This document shows, in pieces, positions 17,384 through 27,585 of a stretch of DNA of 64,000 nucleotides; the first letter of the stretch is position 1, and the number at the start of each line of letters is the position of its first letter. The DNA lies in NCBI GenBank assembly GCA_963836075.1, contig CAWIIB010000009.1, positions 2,976,001-3,040,000 of the forward strand, in the 5' to 3' direction. A program made the translations under genes and the position numbers. Below the pieces are notes generated by a model. That model was not told the origin of the DNA. It made no database searches and saw only the letters and a program-made list of their open reading frames with translations. This stretch comes from an uncultured Acidobacteriota bacterium (GTDB lineage: Bacteria; Acidobacteriota; JAQAZP01).

Positions 17384-19858
17384 CTACTTCTCGTCTTTTT
17401 TCTCGTCCTCCTCGGGGGACGGGTTCAACTCGTCCAGGCGGTCCTGCACCAGACGGTTCACCGTTCCGGGGGGGAAGAGGCCGCTGCGGGACTGCCGGCC
17501 GGCAGCCACACCGGTGAGCACCTCGATCCCACGGTCGATGCTGTCCACGGCGAAGATACTGAACTGCCCCGTCTCCGCCGCTTTAACCACGTCCTTGCGG
17601 AGCATCAGGTCCTTGACGTTGCGCGTGGGGATCATCACGCCCTGTTCGCCGGTGAGGCCACGGGCGGCGCAGACGTCGAAGAACCCTTCGATCTTCTCGT
17701 TCACCCCGCCGATGGGCTGGATCTCGCCCAGCTGGTTCACCGAGCCGGTAACCGCGATCCCCTGAGCCAGGGGTACGCCGGAAAGGCTGGAGAGCAGGGC
17801 GTAGATCTCGGTGGAGGAGGCGCTGTCCCCGTCCACGCCGCTGTAAGACTGCTCGAAGCAGAGCGAGGCGGAGAGGGTCAGCGGCGCCTGCTGGGCAAAA
17901 CGCCGGCGCAGGAACCCGCCGATGATCAGCACGCCCTTGTCGTGTGAACTGCCGCTGAGCTTGGCTTCCCGTTCGATATTGATCAGCCCGGCCCGGCCGA
18001 AGGATGTGGTGGCGGTGATGCGGGTGGGGCGACCGAAGCGGTGGTCGCCCATATCGAAGACCGAGAGCCCGTTGACCTGGCCCACCACCTTGCCGGCGGT
18101 GTCGATGATCAGCGTGCCCCGCTCGATATACTCCTGCATGTGGGTTTCCACCATGTTGTTCCGCTCGAGGCGCATCTGGATCGCCTGGTCCACGTGATCG
18201 CGGCTGGTCAGCTTGCTGCTGCCCGACCAGTAGTCGGCTTCTCGAACCACATCGGCGATTTCGCTGAACCGGGTGCTCAGCTTCTCCCGCCGGCCCGCCT
18301 CGCGCACGCCGTATTCCAGCAGACGGCCGGCGGCCTCGCTGGTCAGCGGCTTTAGTGACTCGTCGGCGCAGACCTTGCTGATCACCGAGAGAAACTTTTT
18401 GGCATTGCTTTTGTTCAGCTTGATCGTCGAGTCGAAGTCGACCTTGACCTTGAAGATCTGCTTGAAGTCCTCGTCCTGGCGGTAGAGCAGGTGGTAGAGG
18501 TGGCTCTCGCCGATCAGGATCACCTTGACGTTGAGGTCGATCGGTTCCGGCTTGATCGGCGAGGAGAGCAGGCCCAGCTGCGACTCCATGCTCTGGATCT
18601 CCAGCTGACGGTAGGTCAGGGCCCGTTTCAGTGTCTTCCAGACCTGGGTCTCGGTGAGGGCGTCGGTGGCGTTGAACACCAGGTAGCCGCCGTCGGCCTC
18701 CAGCAGGGAGCCGCCGCGGATGTTCATAAAGTCGGGCGGCGTGCTGCCGATGCCCTGCCGGGCGGACTGGATGTGGCCGAAGAGGTTCTTGAAGTTCGGC
18801 GTGGTCTCGATCACCACCGGGCAGCCCTCGCGGTTCGAGTTGTCGAGGACCACGTTGACTCCGTAGGCCCGGAACGCGTCGGTGGCGCCACCCCGTATGC
18901 CCAGCGGCATCCCGTCACCCTCGTCGTCGCCGTCATCCTCCTTGAAGACGTCGACGTTTTCGGCCACATTGTCCACCAGCTGCTTGAGGAAACCGTCGAT
19001 CTTGGGGTTGGGGAACTTGACGCGGATTTCTTCGGCCATGTGCGCCGCCAGGTCGCGAATGGTCTCCTCTTCCAGCAGTTCCAACCGGGCCATCATCTCC
19101 TTGGACAGCCGGCGGTTCTCCCGCAGCATCCCGTCCAGCTCGGAACGCAGTTCCTGGTAGCGGGCAATCATCGGGTGGCCGGCAGCCGCTTCCGGGCCCT
19201 CGGCCTCGCGGATCTTCCCGGCGTACTCCTGGATCGTCATCTCCTTGTCATCCACCATGGGCAGCAGGTCCGGCCTGGAGACCGGCCCCATCTGCACCTG
19301 CCCCAGGGCAAACCCCTGCTCCCGGACGGCGGCGTCGAAGGTGGCGAACATCTTGTTCCCCTGTTCCTCATATTCGCGGCGGATCGAGTCCCGCTGCTGC
19401 TGGAAGTCGTCGCCCTCCAGCTCCAGGGGAACGCGGGCCCGGAGAAAGCGGATCATTTCGTCCACCACCCGTTTGAATTTCCGACCCTGGCCCCGGGGCA
19501 GGGTGATCAGCACCGGTGTGTTGGGATTGATGAAGTCGTTCACGTAACACCGGTCGAGAGGCAGCGGGCAGCGGGGTTTGATGTGGTCCAGCAGCAGTTC
19601 CACCGTGGTCATCTTGCCCGTGCCCGAGAGGCCGCAGACAAAGGCGTTGTACCCGGGTCGGAACAGCTCCATCCCCAGCCGCAGGGCTTCCACCGCCTTT
19701 TCCTGGCCCACGATGCCGGTGGCCGGCGCCACGTTGGTTGAGGTTTTGAAGCCGAGCCAGGAGGTGGGGCAGTTCCAGCGAAGCTTCTCCGGGGGAACCG
19801 TCTTCGGTGCGGAGGCCTGAACTGGGGTGGCGCTGGCTGGATTCCCTCTCTTGCTCAT
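17384..19858 (-). CDS. Lon-like protease, LonB/LonC (AAA_32) type
   Basis: GQEKA, GLSGTGK, GGSLLEADGGYL, VGQVNGL, catalytic VDGDSAS and GGVNEKIEGF; start MSKRG at 19858. Confidence 0.9.
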   Translation of the reverse strand: MSKRGNPASATPVQASAPKTVPPEKLRWNCPTSWLGFKTSTNVAPATGIVGQEKAVEALRLGMELFRPGYNAFVCGLSGTGKMTTVELLLDHIKPRCPLPLDRCYVNDFINPNTPVLITLPRGQGRKFKRVVDEMIRFLRARVPLELEGDDFQQQRDSIRREYEEQGNKMFATFDAAVREQGFALGQVQMGPVSRPDLLPMVDDKEMTIQEYAGKIREAEGPEAAAGHPMIARYQELRSELDGMLRENRRLSKEMMARLELLEEETIRDLAAHMAEEIRVKFPNPKIDGFLKQLVDNVAENVDVFKEDDGDDEGDGMPLGIRGGATDAFRAYGVNVVLDNSNREGCPVVIETTPNFKNLFGHIQSARQGIGSTPPDFMNIRGGSLLEADGGYLVFNATDALTETQVWKTLKRALTYRQLEIQSMESQLGLLSSPIKPEPIDLNVKVILIGESHLYHLLYRQDEDFKQIFKVKVDFDSTIKLNKSNAKKFLSVISKVCADESLKPLTSEAAGRLLEYGVREAGRREKLSTRFSEIADVVREADYWSGSSKLTSRDHVDQAIQMRLERNNMVETHMQEYIERGTLIIDTAGKVVGQVNGLSVFDMGDHRFGRPTRITATTSFGRAGLINIEREAKLSGSSHDKGVLIIGGFLRRRFAQQAPLTLSASLCFEQSYSGVDGDSASSTEIYALLSSLSGVPLAQGIAVTGSVNQLGEIQPIGGVNEKIEGFFDVCAARGLTGEQGVMIPTRNVKDLMLRKDVVKAAETGQFSIFAVDSIDRGIEVLTGVAAGRQSRSGLFPPGTVNRLVQDRLDELNPSPEEDEKKDEK

Positions 19859-20109
19859 CTGGGTCCCTCCGGAAGATAGTGGTGGATCTGCTGGGTCGTG
19901 AGAAGAACGAAATGTACCAGAGCGGGAAAATGCTGTCAATTTTCCTCAAGACGAGATGTGGGATGTCCACCACCCGTGAGAAGACTTACGTGAAAGCCTG
20001 ATGAGCGCACCAGGGAATTCAAAATGCACAAAAAATGACCATTAATGCGAATGCGATGGGTTTATAATACATAATGAACAGAAAAACAGCATCAATACGC
20101 ATTATTGTG

Positions 20110-20139
20110 ATTGACATGTCGCGTCAATGGAATTATTGT
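20110..20139 (+). promoter_or_regulatory. sigma-70 promoter of glnA overlapped by a dyad
   Basis: TTGACA-17-TATTGT; ATTGAC-N7-GTCAAT at 20110-20128. Confidence 0.6.
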
Positions 20140-20227
20140 GTGGGTGGAGCGGGAAGACCGGTCCGGCGCCACTGCCGGATCAATACTGATACGGCGGGAC
20201 CCGGGCCCGCACTCATCGAGGTGGCAC

Positions 20228-21556
20228 ATGACGACCGCGGAAATCCTGGCCCTGGCCAGGGAAGAGGACGTGAGATTCCTCCGCCTGCAGTTCACCGACA
20301 TCATGGGCGCGATCAAGAACGTGGAGATCCCCCAGCGGCAGTTCGAAAAGGCGCTCACCGAGGGCGTGCTCTTTGACGGCTCTTCGATCCAGGGTTTCGC
20401 CCGCATCGAGGAATCGGACATGATCCTGATCCCCGAGCCGGCCACCTTCCGCATCTTTCCCGGACAGCATCGGAAGGACGAGGGAAAGCGCGCCCGGCTG
20501 ATCTGCGATATCCGGCACCCCAACGGCGACGACTTCGAGGGCTGCCCGCGCAGTGCCCTGCGCCGGGTGGTGGACCGGGCGGCCAGGATGGGCTTTACCA
20601 TGCAGGCCGGCCCCGAGGCCGAGTTCTTCCTCTTCCTCACCGACGAGCAGGGCAAGGCCACCACCACCACCCACGACGCCGCCGGCTACTTCGACCTCAC
20701 ACCGGTGGACAAGGGGGAGTGGGCCCGCCGCGACATCGTCACCGACCTCGAGTACATGGGCTTCGAGGTCGAGGCGGCGCACCACGAGGTGGCCCCGGGC
20801 CAGCACGAGATCGACTTCAAGCACGCCGACGCCCTGACCTGCGCCGACAACGTGGCCACCTTCCGTTTCATTGTCCGCCGGGTGGCCGAGCGCTACAAGC
20901 TGCACGCCACCTTCATGCCCAAGCCGATCTTCGGCATCAACGGTTCGGGGATGCACGTCCACCAGTCGTTGGAGAAGGACGGCGAGAACATCTTCCACGA
21001 CCCGAAGGCCGAGTACGAACTGAGCGAGACGATGATGCAATACATCGGCGGGATCCTGAAGCACGCCAAGGGCTTCGTGGCGATCACCAACCCGCTGATC
21101 AACTCCTACAAACGGCTGGTGCCCGGATACGAGGCGCCCACATACATCGCCTGGTCCGAGCGCAACCGTTCACCCCTGGCCCGGGTGCCCGACCGCCGCG
21201 GCCCGGGCACCCGGGTGGAAGTCCGGGTTCCCGATCCCTCCTGCAACCCCTACCTCGCCCTGGCGGTGATGCTGGCCGCCGGTCTCGACGGCATCGAGAA
21301 CAGGATCGACCCCGGCCCGCCGGTGAACAAGAACATCTACACCATGAGCCAGCGGGAAAAGCGGCGGCTGAAGATCGACGAGCTGCCCCCCGACCTCACC
21401 GGCGCCCTCGACTGCCTGGAGAAGGACAAGGTGATCGGCGCGGCGCTGGGCGGGCACATCCTCGAGCACTTCGTCAACGCCAAGCGCCAGGAGTGGGCCG
21501 CTTACCAGGCCCAGGTCCACCAGTGGGAGGTGGACTCCTACCTCTCGTATTACTAG
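20228..21556 (+). CDS. glnA: glutamine synthetase type I
   Basis: FDGSSIQGF, HHEVAPGQHEIDF, ATFMPKP, NGSGMH, NSYKRLVPGYEAP, NPYLA. Confidence 0.97.
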   Translation: MTTAEILALAREEDVRFLRLQFTDIMGAIKNVEIPQRQFEKALTEGVLFDGSSIQGFARIEESDMILIPEPATFRIFPGQHRKDEGKRARLICDIRHPNGDDFEGCPRSALRRVVDRAARMGFTMQAGPEAEFFLFLTDEQGKATTTTHDAAGYFDLTPVDKGEWARRDIVTDLEYMGFEVEAAHHEVAPGQHEIDFKHADALTCADNVATFRFIVRRVAERYKLHATFMPKPIFGINGSGMHVHQSLEKDGENIFHDPKAEYELSETMMQYIGGILKHAKGFVAITNPLINSYKRLVPGYEAPTYIAWSERNRSPLARVPDRRGPGTRVEVRVPDPSCNPYLALAVMLAAGLDGIENRIDPGPPVNKNIYTMSQREKRRLKIDELPPDLTGALDCLEKDKVIGAALGGHILEHFVNAKRQEWAAYQAQVHQWEVDSYLSYY

Positions 21557-21580
21557 GAGTAACGGCGGCGGGGCAGGGGC

Positions 21581-23869
21581 TCAGAACCGTCCCGCCGCCA
21601 CGTTGACCCCGTGGGTGTAGACCGGGGGGAATGCATCGAGAGTGAAGTCCAGTGTCACCTGGCCGGCCTGGTAGTCGTACACCTTCACTGTGGAGCCGTT
21701 GGCCGGTCCGGGGCCGCTGCCGACAATGATTTCGCACCGGCCATCCGCGTCGAGGTCAGTGCCTGCCCAGACCCGGGCGCCGTAGCGCACCTCTGCAGCC
21801 GGCCAGGCAAAGAAACTGAGCCCCGGCAACTCGCTGATCGTCGAGCCATCGTAATTCCAGCCCCTGATGTGGCTGCCGAAAGCCGGTGAGGGTCCCGGGG
21901 CGGTGACAATCTCGTCCATCCCGTCACCGTCCACGTCACCGCAGCCCACCACCACGCCGTAGCGGGGTGTTCCATAGGCGAAGAAACTGACCGCCGGCAT
22001 GGCTGCGGCTGTCCAGCCGTCCACGTTCCAGCCCCGCACGTGTGGTCCGAAGACTGCGCCCGGCCCGGCGCCGCTGACGATCTCGTCGAAGCCATCGCCG
22101 TCCAGGTCGCCGGCGGCCACGTTGACCCCCCACTTGAGTGTGCCGTAGGCGAAGAAGCTCACCCCGGGCAGTGGCACTACCTCCTGACCGCCGTCGAGTT
22201 CGAAGGCCCGGATATGGGGCCCGAACACCGCCCCCGGCCCGGCTCCGGTGAGGATCTCATCGAACCCGTCGTTGTCCACGTCACCGGCGGCCACGTTGAC
22301 GCCGTATTTGTTGGTGCCGTAGGCCAGGAAACTCACCAGGGGGTTTGGTGTGCCATCGGACATGAAACCGCGTACATGGGGGCCAAAGACGGCACCCGGC
22401 CCGGGGCCGGTGATGATCTCCATGCCCGGCTCCCCGTCCAGTTCACCGCAGCTAATGTTGACGCCGTATTTTTGAATTGAATAGGACTCGAATTCGACCA
22501 GCGGCCTGGCGTCCTGGAGGGGGGCCAGGAGGTGAACCGTTGTGGGGTTGGACGGGTGCGGACCGAGGCCGGCGGCTATGAAAAGGCTGCCCGGCAGCGG
22601 ACTGTCGGGATAGTGGTACCCCATGTCCACCTGGCCGTTGTCCGTCTCCAGGTCGGTACGGGTGCTGAACCGGTCCATACAGACCATGGCTTCGTAGATC
22701 TCGTAACAACTGTCCTGCGCCGGGCTGCTACCCGCATCCACACAGGGGCTGTCCGCGGCCTGGCCCGCGGCCGTCTGGCTCAGGTAATACTCCCCGGCCG
22801 GGCCGGTGGCAAACGACGGGTCAGCGTCGATATTCCCCTCGCCGGGCCAGCCGCCTTCCACCAGGGACCAGCTGATTTCCGGCTCGCCGAGGATCACCGG
22901 GTCGACGTTGTTCCAGAAGATACTGTCGGTTACCGTGCCCCTGCTGGCAAGGGCCTGCCGGCCGTTGCCGACGAAGGTGCAGTTGTGGATGCCGAAATCG
23001 GTGTAGCCGCTGTCGTAGATAACCGAACCATAGTCTGCGATGTTTCCCTGGAAGAGATTGTTACCGAGAAGAACCAGCGGTAAACCGTCACCTGGCGGCG
23101 CAGCGGCATCCGGTTCGGAGCAGGTGATGGCGCCCCCGATGCGGGCGCTGTTGCCGGTGAAGGTGTTGCCGGTCACCGTGGCCCCCACCATGCCATACAC
23201 GAAGTAGATCGCGCCGCCGTTCTGGGTCGAGCTGTTGCCGATGAACTGGTTGCGCACGATGACCACGTCGGAAAAATGCCACCCGACGCACAACGCGCCC
23301 CCGCCATTGAGCTGGTGGTCGGAGATGCAGCGGTTGTTGATGAATGTGTTGCCGAGGATCACGGGGTTTGAGTTGTAGGTCATCAAACCGCCACCCAGGC
23401 TGGTTGACGTGTTGTCGCGGATTACGTTGTTCAGGATCATCGGCGAGGATTCGTCATACAGGCAGATGATCCCCGAGTCGGTGTGGTTCATGATGATGTT
23501 GTTCCTGATCGTCGGCGAGGTGTCGCTGCAGTAGATCCCCGTATCTTCCATCCCGCTGTTCTGGATGGTGAACCCGTCGAGGATCGAGTCCCGGCCCTCC
23601 TCTCCGACGAAATAGACACTTCCCTCGACAATCGTCGACTCCGGTCCTGCAAGGCTCCGCACCTCGACGGCCTTTCCCTGAAAAGCGAAAATCTCCCAGT
23701 AGAATCCGGGCCGGACGAGGATCGTGTCACCGTCCTCGGCCGCGTCGATCGCATCCTGGATCATCGTGTAGTCGTCGGGAACGTAGATCTCGTTGCCGGC
23801 GGCCGGAGCCGACATCAGCAGGCAAGCAACAATGATGACCGTTTGAGTGTAGAGGTTTCTGGCGATCAT
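21581..23869 (-). CDS. secreted right-handed beta-helix + FG-GAP repeat protein (paralog 1)
   Basis: Signal peptide; VPDDYTMIQDAIDAA; Asn-ladder repeats; GDVDxDGFDEI/GAGPGAVFGPH repeats; ends VNVAAGRF. Confidence 0.88.
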   Translation of the reverse strand: MIARNLYTQTVIIVACLLMSAPAAGNEIYVPDDYTMIQDAIDAAEDGDTILVRPGFYWEIFAFQGKAVEVRSLAGPESTIVEGSVYFVGEEGRDSILDGFTIQNSGMEDTGIYCSDTSPTIRNNIIMNHTDSGIICLYDESSPMILNNVIRDNTSTSLGGGLMTYNSNPVILGNTFINNRCISDHQLNGGGALCVGWHFSDVVIVRNQFIGNSSTQNGGAIYFVYGMVGATVTGNTFTGNSARIGGAITCSEPDAAAPPGDGLPLVLLGNNLFQGNIADYGSVIYDSGYTDFGIHNCTFVGNGRQALASRGTVTDSIFWNNVDPVILGEPEISWSLVEGGWPGEGNIDADPSFATGPAGEYYLSQTAAGQAADSPCVDAGSSPAQDSCYEIYEAMVCMDRFSTRTDLETDNGQVDMGYHYPDSPLPGSLFIAAGLGPHPSNPTTVHLLAPLQDARPLVEFESYSIQKYGVNISCGELDGEPGMEIITGPGPGAVFGPHVRGFMSDGTPNPLVSFLAYGTNKYGVNVAAGDVDNDGFDEILTGAGPGAVFGPHIRAFELDGGQEVVPLPGVSFFAYGTLKWGVNVAAGDLDGDGFDEIVSGAGPGAVFGPHVRGWNVDGWTAAAMPAVSFFAYGTPRYGVVVGCGDVDGDGMDEIVTAPGPSPAFGSHIRGWNYDGSTISELPGLSFFAWPAAEVRYGARVWAGTDLDADGRCEIIVGSGPGPANGSTVKVYDYQAGQVTLDFTLDAFPPVYTHGVNVAAGRF

Positions 23870-23885
23870 CGTTTCCCCCGCAGTC

Positions 23886-26450
23886 TCAAAACCTCCCCGC
23901 CGCCACGTTCACTCCGTGGGTGTAGACCGGCGGGAAGGCATCGAGGGTGAACTCGAGCTCAATGCTGTGCGTGGTACTGTCATAGACCCTGACCTGGCTG
24001 CCCATGGCCGGGTCGGGGCCGCCGCCCACCAGCAGCTCGTCCCGGCCGTTGCCGTCCAGGTCCACACCGGAGCAGACACGGGCTCCGCAAGCCGCTTCGC
24101 CCGCCGGCCAGGCAAAGAAATTTACATTGGGCAGGGCCACCGGTTCGCCGCCGTCCACGTCCCAGCCCCGGATGTGGCTGCCGAATAGTGACGAAGGGCC
24201 GGGTGCGGTGATGATCTCGTCGATCCCGTCGCCGTCCAGGTCGCCGGCGGCCACGTTGACCCCGAACCTGTTCGTGCCGTAGGCCAGGAAGCTGACCCAG
24301 GAGAGCGCCACGACGGCTCCGCCGTCCACGTTCCAGCCCCGGACGTGGGGCCCGAACACGGCGCCCGGGCCGGCGCCGGTGATGATCTCGTCGAAGCCGT
24401 CGCCATCGAAATCCCCGCAGGCCACGTTGACACCCCACTTGAGCGTGCCGTAGGCGAAGTAGCTGATCTCGGAGATGGCCTCGGCGTCTCCGCCGTCCAC
24501 GTTCCAGCCCCGGACGTGGGGCCCGAACACGGCGCCCGGGCCGGCGCCGGTGACGATCTCGTCATAGCCGTCGCCGTCCAGGTCGCCGGCGGCCACGTTG
24601 ACCCCGAACTTGTTCGTGCCGTAAGCCAGGAAGTTGACGCCGGGAACGGGTGTGCCGTCCGAACCGAACCCGCGTACGTGCGGGCCGTAGATCTCGCCCG
24701 CGCCGGCGCCGGTGATGATGGTCAGGCCTTCGTCGTCGGTGAGCTGTCCAGCGGTCACATTCGCCCCCCAGGACGGCGAGCCGTACGCCGAAAACTCCGA
24801 GACCGGATCGGCATCCGCGTGGGGCGGGAAGACCCGGATCAGCGGCGGGTTGGCCGCTGACGGCCCGGGAGCTGCGACCAGCCCGAGGATGTGACTGCTT
24901 GACGGATAGTGGTATCCCATGTCCACCTGGCCGTTGTCGATTGCGCCGTCGGTGCGGGTGGTCAGCTGGTCGAGGCAGGTGGTCCCCTCCACCGTCTCAT
25001 AACAGATTTCACCCGCCGGGGCAGACCCCGAATCGATACAGGGGCTGTCGGCCGGTTGACCGGCTGCCAGGTGCCCCAGGTAGTAATCCCCCAAAGGGCC
25101 GCGGGTGAAGAGCGGGTCCGCGTCGATGTTCGTCGGGCCGCCGTATCCCCCTTCGATGTCGCTGTAGGTCACCGACGGGGTGCCCTGGATCTGTTCGCTG
25201 GTGTTGCCGTAGATGATGGAGTTGGTGATGGTCAACTGCCCCGATGAGCCCTGCCGGTAGATACCGAGGTCGTTGCCCGCAATGGTGCAGTTCACCACTC
25301 GAACGTCCTGGTTTTCGTGAAATATGGCGCTGCCGCTGTTACCCACGAAGAAGTTGTTGATGACCAGGATTTCACTACCACGACTGTTGGGGGGGGCGGC
25401 TGGGCGCGGGGGAGTACCTTCAGGTGCTGGCGGACGGTCCAGGTCCGTAGTCGCAATTCCGAACGAGATGCAGGCTCCTGCCCCGGAATTGTCGGTCATT
25501 ACATTCCCGCTCACGGTGCCGTATGCCCCGAACGCCTCATTGTAGAACCAGATGGCACCGTAGTTGCCGCCGAAATTGCCGGTGAAGAGATTGTCAGTGA
25601 TGTGGGCCGTGGCGCCAAAGGCCACCGTAATGCTGCCGCCGTGCATTTTGCATTCGTTTCCCGAAAAGGTGTTTCCGGTGATAAATGCTTCATTCTCAAG
25701 GGTACAATATATGGCCGATCCCAGGCGGCTGCTGTAATTTTCGATAAAGCGGTTCCCGCTGACCAGGCAGCTGGCAATGCAGGCCAGTCCGGCGCCATAC
25801 TCGGAGTTGTTGCCGGTGATGCTGTTGCCGGTGATGGCCGGAGAGCCTACCGAGCAGTAGATGCCGCCGCCAGAATGCGATGACGTATTGCCATGAATTG
25901 TGTTGCTCTCGATGACCGGTGAGCACTCCTCGCAGCAGATGCCGCCGCCGTCACGATCGGCTTCGCAACCGGTGACCTGGTTTTGCCGGAACAACGGCAA
26001 GCCCCCGGTACAGTAAATGCCTCCACCCTCATCGCTGTGGCAGTCCTCGATGCTGTTCGCTTCGATGACCGGGGAGGCATTGAGGCAGTATATGCCGCCC
26101 CCGTCGGCGAGCTTGTAACCGTTCCGCACGGTGAATCCCCGGAGGATGGAATCCGGTCCTTCATCGTTGACGAACTGGAACCCGCGGTCCTGACCCTCGC
26201 AGTCGATGATGCAGGCCGTGAACCCGTGTTCCGATTCCACGGTGATCGCCTTGCCGCCGAAGTTGATGTTCCTGTTGCTGGAGCCAACGTAGACGCCGTT
26301 GGCCACCAGCACCGTGTCGCCGCTCACGGCGGCGTCGATACCGGCCTGGATCGTGGGCTGGTCGGCCGGGACGCGGATGGTGGCGGCAGTGGAGGATATG
26401 GCGGCGAGGCAGGAGAGCAGGACAAACAGAACCAGGCTTCTCGAGGACAT
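23886..26450 (-). CDS. secreted right-handed beta-helix + FG-GAP repeat protein (paralog 2)
   Basis: VPADQPTIQAGIDAA; GGGIYC repeats; FG-GAP tail; SD GGAGG before ATG 26450. Confidence 0.88.
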   Translation of the reverse strand: MSSRSLVLFVLLSCLAAISSTAATIRVPADQPTIQAGIDAAVSGDTVLVANGVYVGSSNRNINFGGKAITVESEHGFTACIIDCEGQDRGFQFVNDEGPDSILRGFTVRNGYKLADGGGIYCLNASPVIEANSIEDCHSDEGGGIYCTGGLPLFRQNQVTGCEADRDGGGICCEECSPVIESNTIHGNTSSHSGGGIYCSVGSPAITGNSITGNNSEYGAGLACIASCLVSGNRFIENYSSRLGSAIYCTLENEAFITGNTFSGNECKMHGGSITVAFGATAHITDNLFTGNFGGNYGAIWFYNEAFGAYGTVSGNVMTDNSGAGACISFGIATTDLDRPPAPEGTPPRPAAPPNSRGSEILVINNFFVGNSGSAIFHENQDVRVVNCTIAGNDLGIYRQGSSGQLTITNSIIYGNTSEQIQGTPSVTYSDIEGGYGGPTNIDADPLFTRGPLGDYYLGHLAAGQPADSPCIDSGSAPAGEICYETVEGTTCLDQLTTRTDGAIDNGQVDMGYHYPSSSHILGLVAAPGPSAANPPLIRVFPPHADADPVSEFSAYGSPSWGANVTAGQLTDDEGLTIITGAGAGEIYGPHVRGFGSDGTPVPGVNFLAYGTNKFGVNVAAGDLDGDGYDEIVTGAGPGAVFGPHVRGWNVDGGDAEAISEISYFAYGTLKWGVNVACGDFDGDGFDEIITGAGPGAVFGPHVRGWNVDGGAVVALSWVSFLAYGTNRFGVNVAAGDLDGDGIDEIITAPGPSSLFGSHIRGWDVDGGEPVALPNVNFFAWPAGEAACGARVCSGVDLDGNGRDELLVGGGPDPAMGSQVRVYDSTTHSIELEFTLDAFPPVYTHGVNVAAGRF

Positions 26451-26511
26451 GGGATCCTCCATGGGTATCCGGGATGACACACCGATCGTACAAATTATGA
26501 CCCAATCCAGG

Positions 26512-26672
26512 TCATTGTCCATGAAAAAGTAAAGGCTCACCGAAATCGGGTAGCTTTTGACCCAGCCGGATCAGGTGGCCTGGACAGCCCTCTGTGCAGT
26601 CGGAAGCACCGATCCGCCCCGGAAGGGTGGAGGCGCCGGGGAGGCGGGCCACCCTGCGGGCCGTGGCGCACT
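26512..26672 (-). pseudogene. duplicated 3' fragment of the DUF123/GIY-YIG gene
   Basis: Matches 30212-30372 almost base for base; no 5' part. Confidence 0.8.
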
Positions 26673-26950
26673 TGCCGTCGGGGCCGACGGTGCAGCGGGG
26701 AAAAGCAGTAGCGAACTTAAGATCGAAATACTGCCCGCCTTAATGCACTGTTGGCCTCGACTCCTTGGGGACTGACAGGGTGCTACCCAAGACTCAGGCG
26801 CACTGATGGGAAGTGGATTCATGCCAGCCTTAATATCTGAATTGATGGCGGCGGGATGAATTCAGAACCGTCCCGCCGCGAGATTGATGCGGCGGATTGC
26901 CGTGAAGTATCAGAAGCCCACGGGCCGGGCCGCGGGGGCGGCATCCCGTT

Positions 26951-27274
26951 TCATTTCAAATCGAGCTGGACCTTGATCGCCTCGCCGATTTTCCGCATCT
27001 CTTCCAGCGAGATTTTTCCGGCGATACCGACCAGGCGTTTCTTGCTCACCGTGGTCAACTGGTCGGCCATGGCCTTGCCTTTGTTGTCGTTGAAGGTGAC
27101 GTAGGCTTCACTGGGGTAGAGGCGCGCGGTATTGCTGGTCAGGGGGACCACCTGGACCCGGTTGAGGAATTTGTTTGCCGAGTCATTGCTGACGATCACC
27201 GCCGGCCGCCGCTTGCGGATCTCCCCACCGACAGAGGGATCGAAGTTTACCCACCAGACCTCACCCCTGGTCAT
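26951..27274 (-). CDS. mazF: PemK/MazF-family toxin
   Basis: [48 protein letters not shown]. Confidence 0.93.
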   Translation of the reverse strand: MTRGEVWWVNFDPSVGGEIRKRRPAVIVSNDSANKFLNRVQVVPLTSNTARLYPSEAYVTFNDNKGKAMADQLTTVSKKRLVGIAGKISLEEMRKIGEAIKVQLDLK

Positions 27275-27488
27275 TGGCGTCTCCAACGGTTGCTTCGGCC
27301 CACTCGAGGGCTTCGTCCTCCCGGTCCCGGTCCCCGGCCATCTCTTCGTACGCCGCATCGAGATTGACGTTGACCACGTGCGATCTCACCAGGTCTTCGA
27401 TGAACTTGCTGATCTTCCTTCGGCCGATGTGGGTGTGCAGACCCCGGTAGACCTCTTCGTCAACCGTGATGGTCAATTTTTTCTGCAT
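27261..27488 (-). CDS. cognate antitoxin (RHH-like)
   Basis: 75 aa, [14 protein letters not shown]..., acidic C-terminus, overlaps the toxin start. Confidence 0.82.
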   Translation of the reverse strand: MQKKLTITVDEEVYRGLHTHIGRRKISKFIEDLVRSHVVNVNLDAAYEEMAGDRDREDEALEWAEATVGDANDQG

Positions 27489-27510
27489 ATGCGATCCTCC
27501 AATTCTCTAC

Positions 27511-27545
27511 ACGTATAATATACGTATAAAGTGGCCGCTGGTCAA
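27511..27545 (-). promoter_or_regulatory. TA promoter with operator palindrome
   Basis: TTGACC-17-TATATT on the minus strand; ACGTATA-A-TATACGT dyad (27511-27525) over the -10. Confidence 0.65.
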
Positions 27546-27585
27546 GATCCGATTGAGAAGGAGGGAGACCTCGGCGATAAGAGGA

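Noticed and set aside
26571-26822. 83-aa ORF between the duplicated copies
   Set aside because: Spans the duplication breakpoint, low complexity, no motif
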